Notes under the pieces: model-generated
The model's input: only the letters and a program-made list of their open reading frames with translations
Databases searched by the model: none
Told to the model about the DNA's origin: nothing
Shown here: positions 1-12,109 of the stretch, piece by piece
Layout of the letters: each line of letters opens with the position of its first letter
Numbering within the stretch: position 1 is the first letter of the stretch
Program-made: the position numbers and the translations under genes
NCBI RefSeq assembly: GCF_009834535.1
Contig: NC_045702.1
Coordinates: forward strand, 19,096,001-19,160,000
Length of the DNA stretch: 64,000 bases
Source: Camelus ferus
Taxonomy: Eukaryota
Direction: 5' to 3'

Positions 1-949
1 GGAGCTGGGAAGTTGCTGTGTACTGGCCATGGATTGCTTTATAGGCCTTGGTAATGACTGGATTTTATTCACAGAAAGGGGAAGCTATCGAAGTGCTTTT
101 GCAGCTGAGTTGATTTGACTTACACTGTAAAAGACTCAGAGTGCTGTGGGGAGAACAGAGCATAGAGAGGTAAGATGGAGGTAAAGGAAGGTATTGCAAA
201 AGTCCAGGCAAAAGTTGGCGGTAACTTGGTTTAGGGAGACAGCAACAAAGATGGTGAGAAGTGACTGAATTCTGCTTTTGTCCAGCAGGTACAGCTGGTC
301 AAATCTGCTGATAAATTGTATGGGGGCTCTAAAGAAGGGAAGACGCCAACCCCTACTCCCTATCATTCCATTTGGTGTATTTTTTTTTAACATTTGTAAC
401 ATTTTGAACATTTATAATTATATCATGTATTTTTCTTTCCTGTTTTGTGTCTTACTTAAATACTAGAATACGTACTTCATGAGATCAGAAACTTTGTCCA
501 CCTGTTCTTGGCTATATCCCAGCTCCTAGAAGAGTGCCTGGCACTTACAGACACTCAGTACATATTTGCTTGTATGAGTCAGTGAAAGGAAAGGAATTTG
601 ACATCTACAACGAGTCCCTAATTTATTTTTGCCTATTCACTCTCTAATTTCACTCCTAGGAGTCTATTTTGAGGAAATCTTCACCAACACAGAGACTTAT
701 CCCCAGAGATAGACATCAAAGCAACTGATTTTAATAGTGGAAAATCAAATACATCCTAACTGTTCAACAAGAGGAGAACTGGGGGACACTGTCCAAAGCT
801 TCAAGGAAGACTCTGCCCACGTTCAGGGCAGGACAGTCAATGGTGGGAAACAGCTCTGTCTGCCAGGGCTTTAGCCTCCAGAGCCCAGCAGACCCATGGG
901 CACAGGACTGTGCCAGCTGGATGGCAGGGTTATGTCAGTTCCCTTCAAA

Positions 950-1395
950 TCATGCATTCTAATTAAAATTCTTAAAGTCTCCAGGGTTTAATTTAAAAAG
1001 TTTCACGGCAGGCTTTGAACCAATTCCTGGGGCCTCATTATTGTCAACTCTCTCCACCACGGGCCTGTGCGGAGGGACTTAAGGGAACAGAGAGAAGTGA
1101 CTAAGGGAAGAGAAGTGTATATGGTAAAAAAAAAAAAACCCAGGGAAAGTGGGGGCAGAGCTTTAATTAAAACCCAGCTGCGCAATTTGCATCAGTGAGT
1201 TTAACCCCAAGAATGCGAGGATAGCCTTAGGAAATAATGTGGGGATGTGGATTTGCTTGGCCCCTCAGAGGTAACACTTCCCATAGACCTCGAAGTACAG
1301 CTCCTGGTAGGAACGCACCTTCCTGTGGGAATTCATCCTTGTGTATGCAAGCGTGAGCTCGTTGGCATGTATGATTTTACCAATTAATGAAACCT
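950..1395. promoter_or_regulatory. Candidate homeodomain/EBF motif cluster (olfactory-receptor-type enhancer or promoter)
   Basis: TAATTA 960-965, TCTCCAGGGT next to TAATTT 978-994, TAATGAGGCCCCAGGAA on the minus strand 1024-1040, CCCAGGGAA 1139-1147, TTAATTAA 1163-1170, TTAATGA 1384-1390. Confidence 0.4.
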
Positions 1396-2999
1396 ACATT
1401 TATTCCGAGTGCTGAGTGCTCGGGAAAATAAATGAGATACAACCCCATTTTTTCTCACCAAAGAAAGAATCTTTTTTTTTTTTAACTTGCACAACAGAGT
1501 TCTGAGTCCTAGTAACCGATCTTCAGCATATTGATTCCCAAATCAAAGAATTTCTGACCTGAAAGATAATCAGAGCTATTTTGCCTCCTTATTTTACAAA
1601 TAAAGAAAATGATGCCTGGAGAGTACTTCAAGGTAGTAGAGAAAGGAAGAGAATGCTTTATTTTTCTGACCTTATTTCAGCTCCCTCTCCATGATTTTGT
1701 ACTGTTTTCTCATTTTTTTTTCCTGGATTTATTTATTCAGTAAATATTGCCTGAAAATTTGTGTGCAATGCACTAGTTAGTCACTGGGGAAAGTGGCACA
1801 CAAAGACGAAACAGGAATGAATTCTGTTTTCTAGAGCTGTGTCCTCTGGATGTATGTGTTCTCACACTCGTTCTTTCTCTCTCTTCCTTCTGCCTGACTC
1901 TAAAGCCAACTTTAGGTGGCCAAGATTTACATTATCAGGAGCCAAATAGAACCTAGTGCAAAGGAAAAAAAAATATAGTTACTGTTTGGTCTTCCAGACA
2001 TTCCAAGATTTGGGTAGAATTCTTGGAGAAAGAGTCTATCAGATTGGCCTGGGGATTGTACATTTGTGTGTATATCTGGTGTAGCACTTGGGGGTCTTGG
2101 CTGGAAAGCAACAGAAAAGAAAGCCTTGGCTAACTTCTGCAGGGAAGAAATTTACTGGAAGTAATTTGGGCAGCTCTCATAACTAATGGTGTGTGTGGAG
2201 AGACGGGCCTGAATACACTAGGAACTGGATCTACATGTTCGGGAGTGCAGCAAATATTATGCTACAAGAAGAGTTTGGTTAGGACGTGGCTGCTGTGGTC
2301 ACTGGCCACTGGATGTCACCAACAGAATTAACCCCATACTTTACACTCCCTTTGTGTCATCTGCTTGGTATTCGGTGTCCCAGTGGGCATGGCTGACTAC
2401 TTGTGAGCTCCAGGGTTGAGGGCCTCTTCAGTCCATGTGCTTTGAAGAAGGACATTGTCTTCCACAGAGACTCAGACTGTTTGAGGAAGACCCCAAACAG
2501 AATGAGAATCCAAATGCTGAGCAGCCAAAAAAGGGAAAAAAAAAACCTTAAAAAAGCCCCTGTGTTTGTTTAAAATTAAATAGAATGAAATGAGTTGAGA
2601 GCAAAGAGGCAATCTGTATGAATCCAGTCAAATTTCCACTTTTTCACCCATACAAGGATTCTGGATATGAATTAGTAAGTACTTTGTCAATACAGATTCA
2701 TCCCAAAGATACACTGAGAAGTAAGGTGCTATCATTAAGGGAAAAAAGCCCAGATGTTTTACTATTATGAAAATAATCTCTGAGTTAATTACCTACCTTT
2801 AAAAGAAAAAAAATCTTTTACGCATTAGTCTCTTAAACACCAAGCATACAACAAATTTCAAATCCAATTGAATTAATAGAAGATGACTTTGGTTGATCCA
2901 TGAATCATGTTCTATTGAATCTCTTTCCTATTACTTGAAAACTTCTTTATGATTTCATATAGAACTAGATTTATCTTTTCCCCCTTTCAAGCACATAAG

Positions 3000-3860
3000 T
3001 CAGTTTCTCCCTTCATACTGGATTATTCACATCTTCATCTTAGAAATATTCTCTGGTATTTCATCATCTTAAAAAACAAACTTTTCTCTTAGTCCTTTAT
3101 CCCTCCAGTTACCACTCTTTCTTTGCTTCCTTACTAAGAAAAATGTACCAAAAGTGCTTTGAATATGGATGTCTCAAATTCCTCACCTCCTGTTCTCCCC
3201 AACCTACCCAGGTGTTTTCTGACTCAGCCACCACCTACCCTGACAAGATCGCCAACAGCCTCCCCGAAGACTGATCCCAAAGTTCCATCTCCAAACTTCA
3301 CTTTACATGACTTTTCCATAAGCATTTAACAGCAGGACTGTTGACATCTTCCCCCTCCTCTGCTATAAAAAATATCTTCTTTTCCACAGTTCTGTGATAG
3401 ACTATAATAAATTTGGGCTTTCCTCTTATCTCACAAAGCTAGTCCTTCCCAGTCTCATTTTCTTGCCTCAAAATAGTGGCTTACAGCATTCTTAGTCTTC
3501 TTCTTCTCCTTAAGGAATTCAGTGTGGTCTAAAGCTTTGAATACCATCTATATTCTAATGAGTTCTAAATTTGTATCTTCAGACTTGACCTCTGCTCTGA
3601 AGTCTAGACTCATCTATCAAACTGCCTATCTAATATATCCTCTTAATTCTGTACACCAAACCTCTAAAGTCTAGACTCATATATCAAACTGCCTATTTAA
3701 TATTTTCTCTTAGTCCCATACTCTCATTTCCCACTGTCTCAGTTAAAGGTACGGAAAACACTGAGGGCTCACGCCGAGAGCCCTAGGTGTCATCTTTGAC
3801 TTCTTTACCTGTTTCCATCACATCCTCTTTATCAGCTTAGTCTATAGGTCCACTCTCAAA
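3000..3860 (+). mobile_element. L2 LINE fragment
   Basis: Pyrimidine-rich L2 signature (ttgacctctgctctgaagtctagactcatctatcaaactgcctat). Confidence 0.6.
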
Positions 3861-3949
3861 ATATAGAGGGTTATATTTTCTGAAAATAATGACTATTTTC
3901 CCCTTCATTTCCAGTGTGTCTATTTTTCTTGCCCGTAACGCATTAATAA

Positions 3950-4230
3950 GGACCTCCAAGGATATGCTGAAGGTAGCACTAAGAGTGAACGTTCTTCTCA
4001 TGTTCTTGAATTTAATGTGAGTGCTTCTAACTTTTTGCCACTTAGTATAATGCTTGCTAAAGGTTTCTGGTAGGATATGCTATTTGTTATAGAAAGTTTC
4101 TTTAATCATGACTAGGTCTTGAATTTTTCGAACTATTTTTTGTTATGATTATAAAGTTTTTCTCTTACAGTCTATGAATTAAGTGAATGTGCTAGATATA
4201 CTAGAATTGAATCGTCCTTGCATTTTTGAG
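3950..4230 (-). mobile_element. Old L1 ORF2 fragment
   Basis: gtgcttctaactttttgccacttagtataatgcttgct...tttaatcatgactagg. Confidence 0.55.
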
Positions 4231-6233
4231 ATTTCTCTGTTCCCCCAGTCTGCCTTCTCTGGACGTGGAGAGCGTAGCCTCTCTTGCTCTGTAAACCTCT
4301 CTGTGTGGGGCAGGCTCTCGGTTTTCTTTTGCCCTGTGATACTATCTCCTTGGATCTCTTAAGGGCCGTCCGATGCTGTGCTAGAGTTTTAGAAAAGGTC
4401 TTTTCTTTCTAGTAATTAAGGGCTGGGAGTTGAGGAGGCTGGTGCCTGTGCTGAGGGTGCCACCTTGAGGACAGACAGGAGAAGACCGGAGTCATCTTGG
4501 TTGATACAGAGAGACTTGGGGTCACCCTGGTTTAGAGGAATGTCCTTGACCCAGAATTTAATAACATATAACAGGCCTGGGGGAAGTGATAATTCAGAGA
4601 TAATTAACATTGTCAAGTTCAAGTGAGGAGAGAAAAGAAACAGGTGTGGGAAGAAGTGAAGACAGAGACCATAAAATGTCAAAGCCTGAGGAATTTAGTT
4701 ACAAACTAATTATATGTCTTGAAAGTTTCCAACATCAGCCTCCACAAAAATTTTCCTGAAAACATTCTCCTAAGTGCTGAATCTTGAATATATAAAAAGG
4801 GTGGGTAGAAGACCAATGGAAAGTTCCCTCTTGTCCAGTCTGATCAGTAATGTAATCAAAATTGTTGTAGCTTGGTATGAGGTAGGAAAAAAAAAGAAAA
4901 AACTGAAGTCACATTACAGCTTCCTTCTAGAATAATGGAAGAATTTCTTGGAATTTCAGTAAATATCATAGGCCTCTATGAGACACTTAATGGTGACAGG
5001 TGTTGGGAAACACCTGTCCGTCAAGTACCTGTCTATTACAAATCCCTATCCATCCAGAACTCTTGATGCGTTAGGAACTGCACTGTGCATTCAAGATAAA
5101 GCTCTGAGAAACACAGACATCAGCCCTGCCTTCATGAAATGCACGGTCTGGTGAGGTAAGAGAACATTAAACACACATTAAATGCGAACGTGATGAGAAG
5201 TATTGAGTGAAGCATGGGTGGTGTGACTGCAGGTAAACAGTGTGCACAGCCAGGACACGGCTGGGCATGGTGTTCCCTCTGAGAAAGGATCTTTTAAGTT
5301 GAAACCCCAAAGAGGAGACCAAGAACCAGTGGTCAGCCTTTCTGACTAGACTCCTCTCTTTCCAAAGCTGGGGAAAAAAACCCAAAGTCTTTGTCTATCC
5401 TCTCTGTCCAAAGGTACCTTTAAAAACAAGACTGTTTGGTTTCAGAATCACGGAATTCTACAGGCGAAGGCCTTGGTGACCATTGGTTACCTTTACCATC
5501 AATGGAAAACTGGCTTGTGTTATCATTCACTGGGCTCATGTCCTGCAGCTCACCCACGATGAGTGGAGGAAAGAGATTTGAAACCAGGAGGCATGTCCCC
5601 GGTGAGGAAAGGTAGGAGTCACATTTGCTCCAACAGCAAACTGGAGAGCACTTAAGAAAGGGGAGTTTTTAGTTGGACTTTTCTGATGACAAGTTAATAG
5701 GACCTGAACTCCAACGGGTAAAAACAAAAGGAAGCCGTTTCTTGATTCAAGAAACAGAAGTCCGGCAGTTGACCTCGAGCTTGAAGCACTGCTAGATCTA
5801 GATCCTTGGACAGTATCCTTAGGGACACAGAGCTTTGATTTGTCGTTGTTTTCCTTTGTGTGGGTTTTATTGTCCATCAGGCTCCCTTTTGTGTGAAAAC
5901 GATATTGCAAGGCAGCTCCTGAACTAAATGGCTCATAGAAGCTGTGATCTCATTAAAAAAATTCATTCTTCTTCTACCAGTGACTTTACTACTTATCAAA
6001 AAAGGACACGGCTTGGTTCTATTTAAGTCACGTGAACATCTGTGGCCCAGTCACTAGGTCTAGGGGGTGGAGTACTCTGGTTTTCTGTGTGGTCTTGTAC
6101 TTACTTTATATTGGGAATGCTGTGGTCCCTTGATTGACAACCCCATTCCAATCATGGAGAAGGCAGAGGCAGTTCCCAAGAAGAGGGTTCATAGAACAGG
6201 TGAATGTAAAGTCGTCCGCTGGAAAAGGGGCAT

Positions 6234-6273
6234 ATTAATTAATTAATTAATTAATTAATTAATTAATTAATTA
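6234..6273. repeat. (ATTA)10 microsatellite
   Basis: Perfect tetranucleotide run, self-complementary. Confidence 0.95.
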
Positions 6274-7426
6274 TTGCTCTGTCAGCTTATATCTGGCTCT
6301 TGTAGTCAGAGGAATAGTAGCTATGGTCATATGTTCTTTCAGTGAAGGACACTGCATCTGGAATCTAATAATCTGTTTCAAATTCTTGCTCTGCCATCTG
6401 TCACTTTGAAATTTAAATTTCCTTGTGTGCTAGTGAAGATGATACAGGCACACGTGGCTTAACAGTACTCCATTCAGCATGGGTTTGCAACGCTGATCCT
6501 CCAGCACGGAAACCCCTGACCAAAAAGCAGCCATGTATGCCTTACAAAGATTTCCCCTGTCTGCATGAACAAGCCAATATTTCTTTTGTTTGCTTGTCTT
6601 GGTCTATCTTTCTGGCACTGACATCAAATTTTCTCGGATAACAGACTTTAAATTGTCAGTGAATTCTCTAAATGTTCCCCAAAGGGGCCACAGTGGATGT
6701 TTGGTAGGCTGTGTGGCAGCTCCCATCTGTAGAGGTGAGATGGATGCGTGTGGTCCTCTATGCTACGGGAACAGTTCTAAAGAATGCTGTGAGGGTAAAT
6801 ATATAACCATACTCCCCTCCCTCCTCATGCATATGGAGTATATCTTCATGAAATTTTTAACTATTATCACGCTAGAGATTTACTTTCCAGGAACACATTC
6901 TCCTGCTTGGAATGCCTGTAATAGTTCCTTACTCATAGGGTCGCTGCAATCAGGAAATGACTTAGTCCAGTTAAAGCATTTACTGGCTGGCACACACTGA
7001 ATTCTCTACCATGCAGTTGTTTTTATTCATTTGCAACAAGTTTCTGTTGACCACCTACCATGCTCAAACCATGCAAACAAAAGATATTTGTGAAATGTAT
7101 GACATAATTTTAGGATAAAGAGGAGGGTGCTCTAAAGGCATCCAGAGAAAGACATTCCTGGGGTTAAGTCTCTGAGTCTGAGCAACTCTGGTCACCCGAT
7201 AAAGCAAATGTAAAACACTAAACAATCAAGAAACAAATCTCAGGATTAAAAAATAAAACTAGAGAAAACATGGTTGAGTTGTACATATTACTAATTTTGA
7301 AAAATCACTGTTTAATTTAATCTCTGCCTTGCGAAAGAGTTAGTATAGTCTGAACAAGGTTGAGAAAAATATAAAGTTGGAATTTGGGTTGATTACATGA
7401 GGATTCGATCTTCTGCATCCAACGAT

Positions 7427-7703
7427 CTATTTTAAAGTGAACAATTCTTCACTCCTTTCTAAAGATGCGTATGATTTCATGGGATTTTCTTGCCTCCCAG
7501 GCAGACAGACCAAGCTGTCAGCCACTTCCTTCTGGACCGGCCAGCTCCAGGCCTCAGAGAAAGGAACTAGTTTCTTTGCACCTTTTCAGAGAACTTCTTC
7601 ACTGACAGATTCATCTTGCCAGGCTTGTCTTTGGGGATGTCAGACAGGGTCTTTACTCAGCAAAGAGCCGGATGAAGGGCTCCCACCCAAAGGCCTCCAG
7701 GAG
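7427..7703 (-). pseudogene. Third TCAF paralog, exon 8 remnant
   Basis: ttcccag|CTC CTG GAG GCC TTT GGG TGG GAG...; two 1-nt deletions; about 88% identical to TCAF2 exon 8 by hand alignment. Confidence 0.9.
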
Positions 7704-8599
7704 CTGGGAAGAATGAGGTGTCTAGTCTATAGAAGCCACTCCCCCTCCACATACATGTAAAATTACACGCTATCCTTCGTTATAAGCCACCTTTAACACT
7801 GGTTTAATTCTCACCAGTGGCTCTGTCCTTCTGCATTCTCGAATATGTTCACTCTGGTGACTGGTGTCATGTCTCATTCTGCCTCCCTCCATTTTCAGAG
7901 ATTCAGTCTGTGCTTGTGTATCACCTGGTCCGTGATAGGTTCTCAGTAGATGGTAGTTACTTTTAGAATTATTATTTCGCTCACTCCTAAGCTTAGTGGT
8001 AAAGATTTTAGTCTGATTTTGGTGAGGGTACTGTCTCATCTTGTGTAGCTGAGAAGTGGAACCCTTCCATTTGAAAACACACATACCACCCTGACGTAAT
8101 GAGATTTTTATTCTTTGTCGAAGACTTGACTCTTGGTAAGTCTGCCATGTTGCCTTACGGAGACGGACAGTTAGGTAAGGAGAATGCATTCTTTGTGGAT
8201 AGAGCTAGGATGGACTCAGATAATAAGAGAGAGAGGTGCTCAGGGACAGTTCCTGGCAGGCCCCTGACTTAGTTAGTCAGGACTGTAAACTTTAGAGCTG
8301 GAAGGGACACAGTGGCCCATCATTTAGGAACCTATGACCCTGGAGAAGCACTGCCTCGAAGACAAGCTAGTGTCTCAACCATCGCTACTGTCATCCTTTC
8401 ATTGTTGCTCAGCTGCAACCACAGACTGAGCCATTAGGAGATATCTGATACTCATTGTGATCAACTTATTAAATACGTTTAATTATATTTTAATCAGTTA
8501 AGTTAAATTAACAAATAAGTGGCAATGTGGTGTCACTCGAATACAAACGAACATGGGGGAGCAAGCAGATAGTATCTCAAAGGAACATACTCAAGGAAG

Positions 8600-9100
8600 G
8601 CTTCTTGGAGAAGGTGACAAATGACCTGATTTTGTAAGATGAACATTTTTCCTTGTGTATAAAGAAAGCAAAACTATTTCAGGGAGAAAGAGCAATATTT
8701 GCAGATGTACGGAAACGTGAACCATGGTGATGTGTTCAGAAAACTGTAAACAGTTTGGATTTGAAAGAATAAAAGGCTGGGGACCTAGAACTCGAAGCAG
8801 GAGGGTAAGGCAGGGCCAGTTACTGAAGAGTGAGGCATTCTACTTGAAGGCATCAGAGTGTTACTGAAGGGTTTTTAGCTGAAATGTGTGGTTTGGCAGC
8901 ACTTTGGAAGATTGGTCAGTTGGGATTGTGGGCAGAAGCAGGGAGGCTAGAGAAGAGGCTGTTGGGATAGTTTGGATGGCAGATACCAGGGACTTGAATT
9001 TTGACCATGTGGTGGGGATGGAAGGTGAGGAGTCAGGGAGGTGGCTGCCTGGCCTGGACTTGAGTCTCAGACCCAGAGTGATAGTAGTCTAGGTAGGGAG
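8600..9100 (-). mobile_element. L2 LINE fragment
   Basis: ggaaggcttcttggagaaggtgac...gggagaaagagcaatatttgcaga purine-rich L2 antisense. Confidence 0.6.
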
Positions 9101-9279
9101 CAGTGAAGGGACTCTGCCCCCAGGGGCTTTGCATTAAACTTGTAGATCCAGCTTCTGGCTGGCACTGTGACTGTTTCATGCTGATGCTCAAACAGATTAC
9201 TTATTACTGAGGAATCTCAGAGTGTTTGGAATTGTGGACATCCAGAGACAGTGTGCTGTGGTGCCAAAAGCACGGGGAA

Positions 9280-9440
9280 TTGGAGTTAGAACACTGATCC
9301 TGAGTTCTCGGTCTGTCCCTTTCTCGTCAAGTGTAAGGTTGATGGCAAATCACTCACTTAAGCCTTCAGTTTCTGCACTTGTGAAATGACGATTGTGATA
9401 ATACATCCTAAGTGTATTTTATACGCCTGGCAAGGATTAG
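9280..9440 (+). mobile_element. MIR
   Basis: ggagttagaacac...ggcaaatcactcacttaagccttcagtttctgcacttgtgaaatg. Confidence 0.6.
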
Positions 9441-10004
9441 ATGGGAAGATGGAAGGGAAGGTTTTTGAAAAACATTGCACACGTATTATTTATTTTATAA
9501 TGAAACCAAGACTCATCCACATTTGGAGCTTGAGTAAGAAGATACCATTTTGAGAAGTTTGCTACCAGGTCACCTTCCCCAGCGTATGTCCTTACAATGC
9601 ATCGTTAAGTGAGGCGACGTTCTTGTGTTCTGGGCTATGAAGATAACTCAGGAGGAGCCATTCTGGTTTACATTTGGCAGAGCTGGGAGTCCCCCTCAAG
9701 GTCTTCTGGCCGGAGTCTTGTTGTCTTGGTGCACTTTTCACAATGACTCTACTCACTTTTATTTATTTCTACAAAGGTCTGAGGTGGGAGAGAGGAGTGG
9801 GAAACATGTTACCCATTTTAGACGTGTACAGCCTGAGCCACAGAGGGACACTACCATGCAGCCACCTCCCGTGTCCAGAGGAAGCGGTGCGCCTGTGACA
9901 GGGCGAGGGGTGATGTAGGAGCTGTAAGGGTCTTGAGGCTCCACCAGAATGGTGCACGGCTGTGGGGTCTTTGGTCCCCGTCTCCCTCCGTTTCTGCTCT
10001 GTAC

Positions 10005-10341
10005 CTGAAGATAGGCTTCCAGAGCCATCCAATGGTTCCAGTCACTCAGGGGGGCTCCCGGGTCCATGTGCATTTTGACCCTCCACTCTCGACTTTGAGG
10101 ACTCAGAGGAGAGGGGCCTGTGCCCTTGGGGTGTCCAGGACTGTCTCACTCACACAGACTGATCAGAGGTTGCACATGGCCTCGCTGGTATGGGGATGGA
10201 TAATCCATCCAGAGTGCCACAGGTTGGGGCCCATCTCACGGGAGAGACCTCAGATGCCTTTGGACCTTATGATCTTCTCATTAAAGAATACAGGCACCGA
10301 CTGCACATGGCACATGATGGGGTATCCATAATACATCCAAC
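10005..10341 (-). pseudogene. Third TCAF paralog, exon 7 remnant
   Basis: cag|GT TGG ATG TAT TAT GGA TAC CCC ATC ATG TGC...CTT CAG|gtacag; 337 nt vs 338; two TGG->TGA stops; one 1-nt deletion; the Zn motif reads REMGP. Confidence 0.9.
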
Positions 10342-11474
10342 CTGAAGGAAGCAATAAGGAAGAAGAAATGAAGTGATGTGTGATGTCCTTATAGATTGTA
10401 TTTCCTCTGTCGTCCCAGGAGACCCAGAACATTTTAAGTAGTCCCAGGTTAATCAGAAAAGCATCTGACTTTACCTTCCTGTCCAAGCTTATGTGCAGCC
10501 TAACTGGTCTTTTTCCCAGTTTCTCTAAGTTTTACATTTTCATCCCTACTTGATCCTGAAAAGTATATGTACACAGAATATAACTATTAGCATTATCATA
10601 CTCTTTTTCTGTTTTGCAAGGGTGACTGTTCCTATGCATGACAAGAGAAGCTATGCTATAAGCAGTGCCATGGAATACTATTCATCTGTGCCAAAAAACG
10701 AGGTGGATTCACATACACAGGGGAATTAGGCAAATGAGGAAAAACACTGACTTACCTTCTTGGGATTCAAGTCAAATTCATTTGCTCCAATCTAATGGTT
10801 ACGAGAGACCCCATCATTTGTCCAAGTTCTCTCTAATCTTTGCAAACAGAAGGGACCCTGCTCCACGGTGGAAGGAGATGTCAGGGGACCGCCCGTTGCT
10901 TCATAGCCATCAGCTCTTCCATCAGCTCAGAGATAACCCTCCCCGAGTTGTTCCAGAACACTCCTGGGCAGAGAAGCCCCCGAGTGTAAGGATTAGCCTG
11001 ACATGTTCTCCCTGCCATCCCTGGAACACACTGACTCTCAATTTCATTCATTCGTCAGTGTTTATTTGGTGTCTGCTGTATGCCAGCTGGTGCACTACAC
11101 GATGCTAGTGATACCAGGGTGCTAGCGGTAGACAGTAAGCAGAACAGACGTGATTCTTGTCTCTATAACCCTTGTAGATGTTCTCTCCGCTTACCAGCAC
11201 TCTCTAACTATTCAAAATTTGGAGACACGATAGTAAATAAAACAAAACAAAAAATCCTGCCCTCGAGGTGTATAATGCTCAGTCCATAGGAGAGAACAAA
11301 GAAGATATTGTCCTTTATTTGTCAGGGGCCATTGTTATAACTACATTAGTAATTTGTAGTGATTCCATTTCATACTGACAGGTTTCTCCTCTGCTAGACT
11401 GGAAGAGCCTTAAAAATAGGGAACAGACCGCTATTTAACGTAGATCCTGTTCCCCACAGGGACACGTTACTCAC

Positions 11475-12109
11475 CCGACGTGGAGAGGGTCCTTGGGCAC
11501 CTTCTTAGAAACCTTGAGTTGGCCTCTGTCCCCAAAGATGTCCATGAAGTACACTCCGACCACACTGGTCACCTGGTTCCCTGGGACCTTGGACAGCACC
11601 TTGTCACTGCTGTGCTGACTGGCCCAGTACAAGGCCTGGCCCCCGATGAGCAAGCCCCCTCCACGTTTCACAAACTGGATCAGCTCTGCAGTCATGGTGT
11701 CATCGTAGGCATCGATGCAGTAAACCCCCAGGGGTTCTCCCGGTTCTGGCTGAACCTGGGCCTCAACCCCAGAGCCCTGCAGGATGCTGGGCTAGTGATG
11801 CCAGGGATGGGTGCACTCCAACGGGAGCCCCACGTGAGGGACAGAGCCAGCCCACTGCATTGAGAAGAAATGGGGCCAAGCCAGCCTCCAGCAGGTAGCC
11901 CTCGTGGGACACAACCACAAGGCGGCCTTGACCATAGGAGGAGGCGGCAATGAGGACCTGGCCCTGGTCATTCACCATGACTGGGAAGGCGGCCTCTCCA
12001 GTCAGAAGGAGTTCACTGGGGATGGGGTCTTTGGGGACATCCCAGCTTGTCACTCCAGACATGAGGGCCTCAAAGGCAGCAGCGGGAGTTGTCGCCATGG
12101 TTCAATCAG
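11475..12109 (-). pseudogene. Third TCAF paralog, exon 2 (frameshifted)
   Basis: Near-copy of TCAF2 exon 2 with intact acceptor, ATG (12098) and donor GG|gtgagt; extra G at 11789-11791 (624 vs 623 nt) gives a premature stop at 11763. Confidence 0.9.

Noticed and set aside
11789-11791. Treating the third paralog as functional, with the +1 G as a sequencing error
   Set aside because: Even if the G is an error, exons 3-6 are absent and exons 7 and 8 carry independent stops and frameshifts.
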